64,000 bases of DNA. It comes from Auanema rhodensis (taxonomy: Eukaryota; Animalia; Nematoda). The position numbers and the translations under genes are program-made. The stretch spans positions 13,206,001-13,270,000 of the forward strand of contig OZ059895.1 in assembly GCA_964057225.1 (NCBI GenBank), in the 5' to 3' direction. The notes under the pieces are model-generated. The model had not been told where the DNA came from. It saw only the letters and a program-made list of their open reading frames with translations, and ran no database searches. Below, one piece after another: positions 14,607 to 28,700 of the stretch. Within the stretch, counting starts at the first letter, position 1; every line of letters begins with the position of its first letter.

Positions 14607-17133
14607 GAAAATACCTGATATTCAATGATTTACATACTTATCCTCGTTATTGTTTTTTTTCCAATTTCATGTTAGTTATGTAATTTTCTACGTTACATCT
14701 AAATTCCTCGATGATATCAAATCTTATGTGCTCCAAATACAATAAATTAAAAAAGGTTTCACAGTTGTATAGTGTTAAAACAATGTTTGTTTCAATAGGA
14801 AATAGATAGAAACAGTAAAGTTAAGATGAAGGTTCATAAACTACTGGTTTATAACTGTAATATAGAAATAAGATTGAAGATATTTTGATGCCTTGGGTTG
14901 AGCTATCTAAGTAAAACTGCTGGAAAATTAAAAACATTTGTTACGGAAGAGATAAAATTGAAAATCAGCTGCATTGCGTACTTTCAATGTGGTATGATCG
15001 TTAAAAAAATTTGAAAAGCTTACGGCACCCGGGATTCCCAAGCCGTCTCCGATCCAAGTACTAACCGGGCCCAACGTTGCTTGACTTCCCAGATCGGACG
15101 GGATGGCGTACTTTCAACGTGGTATGGTCGTAAGCGAAAATACCTGATATTCAATGATTTACATACTTATCCTCGTTATTGTTTTTTTTCCAATTTCATG
15201 TTAGTTATGTAATTTTCTACGTTACATCTAAATTCCTCGATGATATCAAATCTTATGAGCTCCAAATACAATAAATTAAAAAAGGTTTCACAGTTGTATA
15301 GTGTTAAAACAATGTTTGTTTCAATAGGAAATAGATAGAAACAGTAAAGTTAAGATGAAGGTTCATGAACTACTGGTTTATAACTGTAATATAGAAATAA
15401 GATTGAAGATATTTTGATGCCTCGGGTTGAGCTATCTAAGTAAAACTGCTGGAAAATTAAAAACATTTGTTACTGAAGAGATAAAATTGAAAATCAGCTG
15501 CATGGCGTACTTTCAACGTGGTATGATCGTTAAAAAAATTTGAAAAGCTTACGGCACCCGGGATTCCCAAGCCGTCTCCGATCCAAGTACTAACCGGGTC
15601 CAACGTTGCTTGACTTGCCAGATCGGACGGGATGGCGTACTTTCAACGTGGTATGGTCGTAAGCGAAAATACCTGATATTCAATGATTTACATACTTATC
15701 CTCGTTATTGTTTTTTTTCCAATTTCATGTTAGTTATGTAGTTTTCTACGTTACATCTAAATTCCTCGATGATATCAAATCTTATGAGCTCCAAATACAA
15801 TAAATTAAAAAAGGTTTCACAGTTGTATAGTGTTAAAACAATGTTTGTTTCAATAGGAAATAGATAGAAACAGTAAAGTTAAGATGAAGGTTCATAAACT
15901 ACTGGTTTATAACTGTAATATAGAAATAAGATTGAAGATATTTTGATGCCTCGGGTTGAGCTATCTAAGTAAAACTGCTGGAAAATTAAAAACATTTGTT
16001 ACTGAAGAGATAAAATTGAAAATCAGCTGCATGGCGTACTTTCAACGTGGTATGATCGTTAAAAAAATTTGAAAAGCTTACGGCACCCGGGATTCCCAAG
16101 CCGTCTCCGATTCAAGTACTAACCGGGCCCAACGTTGCTTGACTCGCCAGATCGGACGGGATGGCGTACTTTCAACGTGGTATGGTCGTAAGCGAAAATA
16201 CCTGATATTCAATGATTTACATACTTATCCTCGTTATTGTTTTTTTTTCCAATTTCATGTTAGTTATGTAATTTTCTACGTTACATCTAAATTCCTCGAT
16301 GATATCAAATCTTATGAGCTCCAAATACAATAAATTAAAAAAGGTTTCACAGTTGTATAGTGTTAAAACAATGTTTGTTTCAATAGGAAATAGATAGAAA
16401 CAGTAAAGTTAAGATGAAGGTTCATAAACTACTGGTTTATAACTGTAATATAGAAATAAGATTGAAGATATTTTGATGCCTCGGGTTGAGCTATCTAAGT
16501 AAAACTGCTAGAAAATTAAAAACATTTGTTACTGAAGAGATAAAATTGAAAATCAGCTGCATGGCGTACTTTCAACGTGGTATGATCGTTAAAAAAATTT
16601 GAAAAGCTTACGGCACCCGGGATTCCCAAGCCGTCTCCGATCCAAGTACTAACCGGGCCCAACGTTGCTTGACTTGCCAGATCGGACGGGATGGCGTACT
16701 TTCAACGTGGTATGGTCGTAAGCGAAAATACCTGATATTCAATGATTTACATACTTATCCTCGTTATTGTTTTTTTTCCAATTTCATGTTAGTTATGTAA
16801 TTTTCTACGTTACATCTAAATTCCTCGATGATATCAAATCTTATGAGCTCCAAATACAATAAATTAAAAAAGGTTTCACAGTTGTATAGTGTTAAAACAA
16901 TGTTTGTTTCAATAGGAAATAGATAGAAACAGTAAAGTTAAGATGAAGGTTCATAAACTACTGGTTTATAACTGTAATATAGAAATAAGATTGAAGATAT
17001 TTTGATGCCTCGGGTTGAGCTATCTAAGTAAAACTGCTGGAAAATTAAAAACATTTGTTACTGAAGAGATAAAATTGAAAATCAGCTGCATGGCGTACTT
17101 TCAACGTGGTATGATCGTTAAAAAAATTTGAAA

Positions 17134-17252
17134 AGCTTACGGCACCCGGGATTCCCAAGCCGTCTCCGATCCAAGTACTAACCGGGCCCAACGTTGCTTG
17201 ACTTGCCAGATCGGACGGGATGGCGTACTTTCAACGTGGTATGGTCGTAAGC
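17134..17252 (-). rRNA. 5S rRNA (full left-arm copy nearest the inversion point)
   Basis: Full 119-nt consensus copy. Confidence 0.95.
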
Positions 17253-18848
17253 GAAAATACCTGATATTCAATGATTTACATACTTATCCTCGTTATTGTT
17301 TTTTTTCCAATTTCATGTTAGTTATGTAATTTTCTACGTTACATCTAAATTCCTCGATGATATCAAATCTTATGAGCTCCAAATACAATAAATTAAAAAA
17401 GGTTTCACAGTTGTATAGTGTTAAAACAATGTTTGTTTCAATAGGAAATAGATAGAAACAGTAAAGTTAAGATGAAGGTTCATAAACTACTGGTTTATAA
17501 CTGTAATATAGAAATAAGATTGAAGATATTTTGATGCCTTGGGTTGAGCTATCTAAGTAAAACTGCTGGAAAATTAAAAACATTTGTTACGGAAGAGATA
17601 AAATTGAAAATCAGCTGCATGGCGTACTTTCAACGTGGTATGGTCGTAAGCGAAAAAATCTGATATTCAATGATTTACATACTTATCCTCGTTATTGTTT
17701 TTTTTCCAATTTCATGTTAGTTATGTAATTTTCTACGTTACATCTAAACTCCTCGATGATATCAAATCTTATGAGCTCCAAATACAATAAATTAAAAAAG
17801 GTTTCACAGTTGTATAGTGTTTAAACAATGTTTGTTTCAATAGAAAATAGATAGAAACAGTAAAGTTAAGATGAAGGTTCATAAACTACTGGTTTATAAC
17901 TGTAGTATAGAAATAAGATTGAAGATATTTTGATGCCTTGGGTTGAGCTATCTAAGTAAAACTGCTGGAAAATTAAAAACATTTGTTACGGAAGAGATAA
18001 AATTGAAAATCAGCTGCATTGCGTACTTTCAACGTGGTATGGTCGTAAGCGAAAATACCTGATATTCAATGATTTACATACTTATCCTCGTTATTGTTTT
18101 TTTTCCAATTTCATGTTAGTTATGTAATTTTCTACGTTACATCTAAATTCCTCGATGATATCAAATCTTATGTGCTCCAAATACAATAAATTAAAAAAGG
18201 TTTCACAGTTGTATAGTGTTAAAACAATGTTTGTTTCAATAGGAAATAGATAGAAACAGTAAAGTTAAGATGAAGGTTCATAAACTACTGGTTTATAACT
18301 GTAATATAGAAATAAAATTGAAGATATTTTGATGCCTTGGGTTGAGCTATCTAAGTAAAACTGCTGGAAAATTAAAAACATTTGTTACGGAAGAGATAAA
18401 ATTGAAAATCAGCTGCATGGCGTACTTTCAACGTGGTATGGTCGTAAGCGAAAAAATCTGATATTCAATGATTTACATACTTATCCTCGTTATTGTTTTT
18501 TTTCCAATTTCATGTTAGTTATGTAATTTTCTACGTTACATCTAAACTCCTCGATGATATCAAATCTTATGAGCTCCAAATACAATAAATTAAAAAAGGT
18601 TTCACAGTTGTATAGTGTTTAAACAATGTTTGTTTCAATAGAAAATAGATAGAAACAGTAAAGTTAAGATGAAGGTTCATAAACTACTGGTTTATAACTG
18701 TAGTATAGAAATAAGATTGAAGATATTTTGATGCCTTGGGTTGAGCTATCTAAGTAAAACTGCTGGAAAATTAAAAACATTTGTTACGGAAGAGATAAAA
18801 TTGAAAATCAGCTGCATTGCGTACTTTCAACGTGGTATGGTCGTAAGC
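17253..18848 (-). repeat. Four consecutive 399-bp 5S-deleted units
   Basis: Same 130-bp deletion; period 399. Confidence 0.93.
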
Positions 18849-19237
18849 GAAAATACCTGATATTCAATGATTTACATACTTATCCTCGTTATTGTTTTTT
18901 TTCCAATTTCATGTTAGTTATGTAATTTTCTACGTTACATCTAAATTCCTCGATGATATCAAATCTTATGAGCTCCAAATACAATAAATTAAAAAAGGTT
19001 TCACAGTTGTATAGTGTTAAAACAATGTTTGTTTCAATAGGAAATAGATAGAAACAGTAAAGTTAAGATGAAGGTTCATAAACTACTGGTTTATAACTGT
19101 AATATAGAAATAAGATTGAAGATATTTTGATGCCTTGGGTTGAGCTATCTAAGTAAAACTGCTGGAAAATTAAAAACATTTGTTACGGAAGAGATAAAAT
19201 TGAAAATCAGCTGCATTGCGTACTTTCAATGTGGTAT

Positions 19238-19576
19238 TGTTCCATACGTGTCTTATAAAGAAGGCGGTTGACAACGTCAACCGACTTTTGGTTAATAGAA
19301 TTCAATAAGAAACTAGACCTGAACTACTTTTTGTATAAATTCAATTATATTTGTAATTAATATTTTTCTATATAAACCCCTGAGAAAGCAACTAGGTTGG
19401 CTTTCTCATAACATGTAGTTTCATTTATTTGATTATTGTATTTTGCTTTTATAGTTGTATTTCCATATTCTGAATAAACTTCTTTTTCTCTACTCTCTGT
19501 TACTTTTACAATGGCATTCACACTATTAAAGTCCATATGGTTACCTAGCCGGAACCCTAGGAACCAATATGGAACG
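19238..19576 (+). mobile_element. Solo LTR (339 bp) of a third family member related to element B, at the array inversion point
   Basis: Starts TGTTCCATAC, contains GAAGGCGGTTGAC-AAC-GTCAACCGACTTT and TATATAAACCC, ends CCTAG..GGAACCCTAGG...ATGGAACG, all shared with the element B LTR. Flanks GTAT and TTGG do not match, so no TSD. Confidence 0.92.
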
Positions 19577-19634
19577 TTGGAAAAAAAACAATAACGAGGA
19601 TAAGTATGTAAATCATTGAATATCAGGTATTTTC

Positions 19635-19753
19635 GCTTACGACCATACCACGTTGAAAGTACGCCATCCCGTCCGATCTGGCAAGTCAAGCAACGTTGGG
19701 CCCGGTTAGTACTTGGATCGGAGACGGCTTGGGAATCCCGGGTGCCGTAAGCT
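19635..19753 (+). rRNA. 5S rRNA (first right-arm copy)
   Basis: 119-nt consensus copy followed by TTT. Confidence 0.96.
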
Positions 19754-22700
19754 TTTCAAATTTTTTTAACGATCATACCACGTTGAAAGTACGCAATGCA
19801 GCTGATTTTCAATTTTATCTCTTCCGTAACAAATGTTTTCAATTTTCTAGCAGTTTTACTTAGATAGCTCAACCTAAGGCATCAAAATATCTTCAATCTT
19901 ATTTCTATATTACAGTTATAAACCAGTAGTTTATGAACCTTCATCTTAACTTTACTGTTTCTATCTATTTCCTTTTGAAACAAACATTGTTTTAACACTA
20001 TACAACTGTGAAACCTTTTTTAATTTATTGTATTTGGAGCTCATAAGATTTGATATCATCGAGGAATTTAGATGTAACGTAGAAAATTACATAACTAACA
20101 TGAAATTGGAAAAAAAACAATAACGAGGATAAGTATGTAAATCATTGAATATCAGGTATTTTCGCTTACGACCATACCACGTTGAAAGTACGCCATCCCG
20201 TCAGATCTGGCAAGTCAAGCAACGTTGGGCTCGGTTAGTACTTGGATCGGAGACGGCTTGGAAATCCCGGGTGCCGTAAGCTTTTCAATTTTTTTTAACG
20301 ATCATACCACGTTGAAAGTACGCAATGCAGCTGATTTTCAATTTTATCTCTTCCGTAACAAATGTTTTTAATTTTCCAGCAGTTTTACTTAGATAGCTAA
20401 ACCGAAGGCAGCGAATTATCTCTAATCTTATTCCTATATTACAGTTATAAACCAGTAGTTTATGAACCTTCATCTTAACTTTACTGTTTCTATCTATTTC
20501 CTATTGAAACAAACATTGTTTAAACACTATACAACTGTGAAACCTTTTTTAATTTATTGTATTTGGATCTCATAAGATTTGATATCATCGAGGGATTTAG
20601 ATGTAACGTAGAAAATTACATAACTAACATGAAATTGGAAAAAAAACCATAACGAGGATAAGTATGTAAATCATTGAATATCAGATATTTTCGCTTTCGA
20701 CCATACCACGTTGAAAGTACGCCATCCCGTCCGATCTGGCAAGTCAAGCAACGTTGGGCCCGGTTAGTACTTGGATCGGAGACGGCTTGGGAATCCCGGG
20801 TGCCGTAAGCTTTTCAATTTTTTTTAACGATCATACCACGTTGAAAGTACGCAATGCAGCTGATTTTCAATTTTATCTCTTCCGTAACAAATGTTTTTAA
20901 TTTTCTAGCAGTTTTACTTAGATAGCTCAACCCAAGGCATCAAAATATCTTCAATCTTATTTCTATATTACAGTTATAAACCAGTAGTTTATGAACCTTC
21001 ATCTTAACTTTACTGTTTCTATCTATTTCCTATTGAAACAAACATTGTTTTAACACTATACAACTGTGAAACCTTTTTTAATTTATTGTATTTGGAGCTC
21101 ATAAGATTTGATATCATCGAGGAATTTAGATGTAACGTAGAAAATTACATAACTAACATGAAATTGGAAAAAAAACAATAACGAGGATAAGTATGTAAAT
21201 CATTGAATATCAGATATTTTCGCTTACGACCATACCACGTTGAAAGTACGCCATCCCGTCCGATCTGGCAAGTCAAGCAACGTTGGGCCCGGTTAGTACT
21301 TGGATCGGAGACGGCTTGGGAATCCCGGGTGCCGTAAGCTTTTCAAATTTTTTTAACGATCATACCACGTTGAAAGTACGCAATGCAGCTGATTTTCAAT
21401 TTTATCTCTTCCGTAACAAATGTTTTCAATTTTCTAGCAGTTTTACTTAGATAGCTCAACCCAAGGCATCAAAATATCTTCAATCTTATTTCTATATTAC
21501 AGTTATAAACCAGTAGTTTATGAACCTTCATCTTAACTTTACTGTTTCTATCTATTTCCTTTTGAAACAAACATTGTTTTAACACTATACAACTGTGAAA
21601 CCTTTTTTAATTTATTGTATTTGGAGCTCATAAGATTTGATATCATCGAGGAATTTAGATGTAACGTAGAAAATTACATAACTAACATGAAATTGGAAAA
21701 AAAACAATAACGAGGATAAGTATGTAAATCATTGAATATCAGATATTTTCGCTTACGACCATACCACGTTGAAAGTACGCCATCCCGTCAGATCTGGCAA
21801 GTCAAGCAACGTTGGGCTCGGTTAGTACTTGGATCGGAGACGGCTTGGAAATCCCGGGTGCCGTAAGCTTTTCAATTTTTTTTAACGATCATACCACGTT
21901 GAAAGTACGCAATGCAGCTGATTTTCAATTTTATCTCTTCCGTAACAAATGTTTTTAATTTTCCAGCAGTTTTACTTAGATAGCTAAACCGAAGGCAGCG
22001 AATTATCTCTAATCTTATTCCTATATTACAGTTATAAACCAGTAGTTTATGAACCTTCATCTTAACTTTACTGTTTCTATCTATTTCCTATTGAAACAAA
22101 CATTGTTTAAACACTATACAACTGTGAAACCTTTTTTAATTTATTGTATTTGGATCTCATAAGATTTGATATCATCGAGGGATTTAGATGTAACGTAGAA
22201 AATTACATAACTAACATGAAATTGGAAAAAAAACCATAACGAGGATAAGTATGTAAATCATTGAATATCAGATATTTTCGCTTTCGACCATACCACGTTG
22301 AAAGTACGCCATCCCGTCCGATCTGGCAAGTCAAGCAACGTTGGGCCCGGTTAGTACTTGGATCGGAGACGGCTTGGGAATCCCGGGTGCCGTAAGCTTT
22401 TCAATTTTTTTTAACGATCATACCACGTTGAAAGTACGCAATGCAGCTGATTTTCAATTTTATCTCTTCCGTAACAAATGTTTTTAATTTTCTAGCAGTT
22501 TTACTTAGATAGCTCAACCCAAGGCATCAAAATATCTTCAATCTTATTTCTATATTACAGTTATAAACCAGTAGTTTATGAACCTTCATCTTAACTTTAC
22601 TGTTTCTATCTATTTCCTATTGAAACAAACATTGTTTTAACACTATACAACTGTGAAACCTTTTTTAATTTATTGTATTTGGAGCTCATAAGATTTGATA

Positions 22701-25700
22701 TCATCGAAGAATTTAGATGTAACGTAGAAAATTACATAACTAACATGAAATTGGAAAAAAAACAATAACGAGGATAAGTATGTAAATCATTGAATATCAG
22801 GTATTTTCGCTTACGACCATACCACGTTGAAAGTACGCCATCCCGTCCGATCTGGCAAGTCAAGCAACGTTGGGCCCGGTTAGTACTTGGATCGGAGACG
22901 GCTTGGGAATCCCGGGTGCCGTAAGCTTTTCAAATTTTTTTAACGATCATACCACGTTGAAAGTACGCAATGCAGCTGATTTTCAATTTTATCTCTTCCG
23001 TAACAAATGTTTTCAATTTTCTAGCAGTTTTACTTAGATAGCTCAACCCAAGGCATCAAAATATCTTCAATCTTATTTCTATATTACAGTTATAAACCAG
23101 TAGTTTATGAACCTTCATCTTAACTTTACTGTTTCTATCTATTTCCTTTTGAAACAAACATTGTTTTAACACTATACAACTGTGAAACCTTTTTTAATTT
23201 ATTGTATTTGGAGCTCATAAGATTTGATATCATCGAGGAATTTAGATGTAACGTAGAAAATTACATAACTAACATGAAATTGGAAAAAAAACAATAACGA
23301 GGATAAGTATGTAAATCATTGAATATCAGATATTTTCGCTTACGACCATACCACGTTGAAAGTACGCCATGCAGCTGATTTTTAATTTTATCTCTTCCGT
23401 AACAAATGTTTTCAATTTTCCAGCAGTTTTACTTAGATAGCTAAACCGAAGGCAGCGAATTATCTCTAATCTTATTCCTATATTACAGTTATAAACCAGT
23501 AGTTTATGAACCTTCATCTTAACTTTACTGTTTCTATCTATTTCCTATTGAAACAAACATTGTTTTAACACTATACAACTGTGAAACCTTTTTTAATTTA
23601 TTGTATTTGGAGCTCATAAGATTTGATATCATCGAGGAATTTAGATGTAACGTAGAAAATTACATAACTAACATGAAATTGGAAAAAAAACCATAACGAG
23701 GATAAGTATGTAAATCATTGAATATCAGATATTTCCGCTTACGACCATACCACGTTGAAAGTACGCCATCCCGTCCGATCTGGCAAGTCAAGCAACGTTG
23801 GGCCCGGTTAGTACTTGGATCGGAGACGGCTTGGGAATCCCGGGTGCCGTAAGCTTTTCAAATTTTTTTAACGATCATACCACGTTGAAAGTACGCCGTG
23901 CAGCTGATTTTCAATTTTATCTCTTCCGTAACAAATGTTTTTAATTTTCTAGCAGTTTTACTTAGATAGCTCAACCCAAGGCATCAAAATATCTTCAATC
24001 TTATTTCTATATTACAGTTATAAACCAGTAGTTTATGAACCTTCATCTTAACTTTACTGTTTCTATCTATTTCCTATTGAAACAAACATTGTTTTAACAC
24101 TATACAACTGTGAAACCTTTTTTAATTTATTGTATTTGGAGCTCATAAGATTTGATATCATCGAGGAATTTAGATGTAACGTAGAAAATTACATAACTAA
24201 CATGAAATTGGAAAAAAAACAATAAGGAGGATAAGTATGTAAATCATTGAATATCAGGTATTTTCGCTTACGACCATACCACGTTGAAAGTACGCCATCC
24301 TGTCCGATCTGGCAAGTCAAGCAACGTTGGGCCCGGTTAGTACTTGGATCGGAGACGGCTTGGGAATCCCGGGTGCCGTAAGCTTTTCAATTTTTTTTAA
24401 CGATCATACCACGTTGAAAGTACGCAATGCAGCTGATTTTCAATTTTATCTCTTCCGTAACAAATGTTTTTAATTTTCTAGCAGTTTTACTTAGATAGCT
24501 CAACCCAAGGCATCAAAATATCTTCAATCTTATTTCTATATTACAGTTATAAACCAGTAGTTTATGAACCTTCATCTTAACTTTACTGTTTCTATCTATT
24601 TCCTATTGAAACAAACATTGTTTTAACACTATACAACTGTGAAACCTTTTTTAATTTATTGTATTTGGAGCTCATAAGATTTGATATCATCGAGGAATTT
24701 AGATGTAACGTAGAAAATTACATAACTAACATGAAATTGGAAAAAAAAACAATAACGAGGATAAGTATGTAAATCATTGAATATCAGATATTTTCGCTTT
24801 CGACCATACCACGTTGAAAGTACGCCATCCCGTCCGATCTGGCAAGTCAAGCAACGTTGGGCCCGGTTAGTACTTGGATCGGAGACGGCTTGGGAATCCC
24901 GGGTGCCGTAAGCTTTTCAATTTTTTTTAACGATCATACCACGTTGAAAGTACGCAATGCAGCTGATTTTCAATTTTATCTCTTCCGTAACAAATGTTTT
25001 CAATTTTCTAGCAGTTTTACTTAGATAGCTCAACCCAAGGCATCAAAATATCTTCAATCTTATTTCTATATTACAGTTATAAACCAGTAGTTTATGAACC
25101 TTCATCTTAACTTTACTGTTTCTATCTATTTCCTTTTGAAACAAACATTGTTTTAACACTATACAACTGTGAAACCTTTTTTAATTTATTGTATTTGGAG
25201 CTCATAAGATTTGATATCATCGAGGAATTTAGATGTAACGTAGAAAATTACATAACTAACATGAAATTGGAAAAAAAACAATAACGAGGATAAGTATGTA
25301 AATCATTGAATATCAGATATTTTCGCTTACGACCATACCACGTTGAAAGTACGCCATGCAGCTGATTTTTAATTTTATCTCTTCCGTAACAAATGTTTTC
25401 AATTTTCCAGCAGTTTTACTTAGATAGCTAAACCGAAGGCAGCGAATTATCTCTAATCTTATTCCTATATTACAGTTATAAACCAGTAGTTTATGAACCT
25501 TCATCTTAACTTTACTGTTTCTATCTATTTCCTATTGAAACAAACATTGTTTTAACACTATACAACTGTGAAACCTTTTTTAATTTATTGTATTTGGAGC
25601 TCATAAGATTTGATATCATCGAGGAATTTAGATGTAACGTAGAAAATTACATAACTAACATGAAATTGGAAAAAAAACCATAACGAGGATAAGTATGTAA

Positions 25701-28700
25701 ATCATTGAATATCAGATATTTCCGCTTACGACCATACCACGTTGAAAGTACGCCATCCCGTCCGATCTGGCAAGTCAAGCAACGTTGGGCCCGGTTAGTA
25801 CTTGGATCGGAGACGGCTTGGGAATCCCGGGTGCCGTAAGCTTTTCAAATTTTTTTAACGATCATACCACGTTGAAAGTACGCCGTGCAGCTGATTTTCA
25901 ATTTTATCTCTTCCGTAACAAATGTTTTTAATTTTCTAGCAGTTTTACTTAGATAGCTCAACCCAAGGCATCAAAATATCTTCAATCTTATTTCTATATT
26001 ACAGTTATAAACCAGTAGTTTATGAACCTTCATCTTAACTTTACTGTTTCTATCTATTTCCTATTGAAACAAACATTGTTTTAACACTATACAACTGTGA
26101 AACCTTTTTTAATTTATTGTATTTGGAGCTCATAAGATTTGATATCATCGAGGAATTTAGATGTAACGTAGAAAATTACATAACTAACATGAAATTGGAA
26201 AAAAAACAATAAGGAGGATAAGTATGTAAATCATTGAATATCAGGTATTTTCGCTTACGACCATACCACGTTGAAAGTACGCCATCCTGTCCGATCTGGC
26301 AAGTCAAGCAACGTTGGGCCCGGTTAGTACTTGGATCGGAGACGGCTTGGGAATCCCGGGTGCCGTAAGCTTTTCAATTTTTTTTAACGATCATACCACG
26401 TTGAAAGTACGCAATGCAGCTGATTTTCAATTTTATCTCTTCCGTAACAAATGTTTTTAATTTTCTAGCAGTTTTACTTAGATAGCTCAACCCAAGGCAT
26501 CAAAATATCTTCAATCTTATTTCTATATTACAGTTATAAACCAGTAGTTTATGAACCTTCATCTTAACTTTACTGTTTCTATCTATTTCCTATTGAAACA
26601 AACATTGTTTTAACACTATACAACTGTGAAACCTTTTTTAATTTATTGTATTTGGAGCTCATAAGATTTGATATCATCGAGGAATTTAGATGTAACGTAG
26701 AAAATTACATAACTAACATGAAATTGGAAAAAAAAACAATAACGAGGATAAGTATGTAAATCATTGAATATCAGATATTTTCGCTTTCGACCATACCACG
26801 TTGAAAGTACGCCATCCCGTCCGATCTGGCAAGTCAAGCAACGTTGGGCCCGGTTAGTACTTGGATCGGAGACGGCTTGGGAATCCCGGGTGCCGTAAGC
26901 TTTTCAATTTTTTTTAACGATCATACCACGTTGAAAGTACGCAATGCAGCTGATTTTCAATTTTATCTCTTCCGTAACAAATGTTTTTAATTTTCTAGCA
27001 GTTTTACTTAGATAGCTCAACCCAAGGCATCAAAATATCTTCAATCTTATTTCTATATTACAGTTATAAACCAGTAGTTTATGAACCTTCATCTTAACTT
27101 TACTGTTTCTATCTATTTCCTATTGAAACAAACATTGTTTTAACACTATACAACTGTGAAACCTTTTTTAATTTATTGTATTTGGAGCTCATAAGATTTG
27201 ATATCATCGAGGAATTTAGATGTAACGTAGAAAATTACATAACTAACATGAAATTGGAAAAAAAACAATAACGAGGATAAGTATGTAAATCATTGAATAT
27301 CAGATATTTTCGCTTACGACCATACCACGTTGAAAGTACGCCATCCCGTCCGATCTGGCAAGTCAAGCAACGTTGGGCCCGGTTAGTACTTGGATCGGAG
27401 ACGGCTTGGGAATCCCGGGTGCCGTAAGCTTTTCAAATTTTTTTAACGATCATACCACGTTGAAAGTACGCCGTGCAGCTGATTTTCAATTTTATCTCTT
27501 CCGTAACAAATGTTTTTAATTTTCTAGCAGTTTTACTTAGATAGCTCAACCCAAGGCATCAAAATATCTTCAATCTTATTTCTATATTACAGTTATAAAC
27601 CAGTAGTTTATGAACCTTCATCTTAACTTTACTGTTTCTATCTATTTCCTATTGAAACAAACATTGTTTTAACACTATACAACTGTGAAACCTTTTTTAA
27701 TTTATTGTATTTGGAGCTCATAAGATTTGATATCATCGAGGAATTTAGATGTAACGTAGAAAATTACATAACTAACATGAAATTAGAAAAAAAACAATAA
27801 CGAGGATAAGTATGTAAATCATTGAATATCAGATATTTTCGCTTACGACCATACCACGTTGAAAGTACGCCATCCCGTCCGATCTGGCAAGTCAAGCAAC
27901 GTTGGGCCCGGTTAGTAGTTGGATCGGAGACGGCTTGGGAATCCCGGGTGCCGTAAGCTTTTCAAATTTTTTTAACGATCATACCACGTTGAAAGTACGC
28001 CGTGCAGCTGATTTTCAATTTTATCTCTTCCGTAACAAATGTTTTTAATTTTCTAGCAGTTTTACTTAGATAGCTCAACCCAAGGCATCAAAATATCTTC
28101 AATCTTATTTCTATATTACAGTTATAAACCAGTAGTTTATGAACCTTCATCTTAACTTTACTGTTTCTATCTATTTCCTATTGAAACAAACATTGTTTTA
28201 ACACTATACAACTGTGAAACCTTTTTTAATTTATTGTATTTGGTGCTCATAAGATTTGATATCATCGAGGAATTTAGATGTAACGTAGAAAATTACATAA
28301 CTAACATGAAATTAGAAAAAAAACAATAACGAGGATAAGTATGTAAATCATTGAATATCAGATATTTTCGCTTACGACCATACCACGTTGAAAGTACGCC
28401 ATCCCGTCCGATCTGGCAAGTCAAGCAACGTTGGGCCCGGTTAGTACTTGGATCGGAGACGGCTTGGGAATCCCGGGTGCCGTAAGCTTTTCAAATTTTT
28501 TTAACGATCATACCACGTTGAAAGTACGCCGTGCAGCTGATTTTCAATTTTATCTCTTCCGTAACAAATGTTTTTAATTTTCTAGCAGTTTTACTTAGAT
28601 AGCTCAACCCAAGGCATCAAAATATCTTCAATCTTATTTCTATATTACAGTTATAAACCAGTAGTTTATGAACCTTCATCTTAACTTTACTGTTTCTATC

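Larger units (their letters stand above)
1..19237 (-). repeat. 5S rDNA tandem array, left arm (529-bp unit; 26 full 5S genes plus 13 5S-deleted 399-bp units), genes on minus strand
   Basis: ttcctcgatg recurs at 1, 530, 1059...; each full unit holds the reverse complement of a 119-nt 5S gene. Gene left ends at 314, 843, 1372 ... 9310, 10238, 10767, 11296, 15017 ... 17134. Confidence 0.97.
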
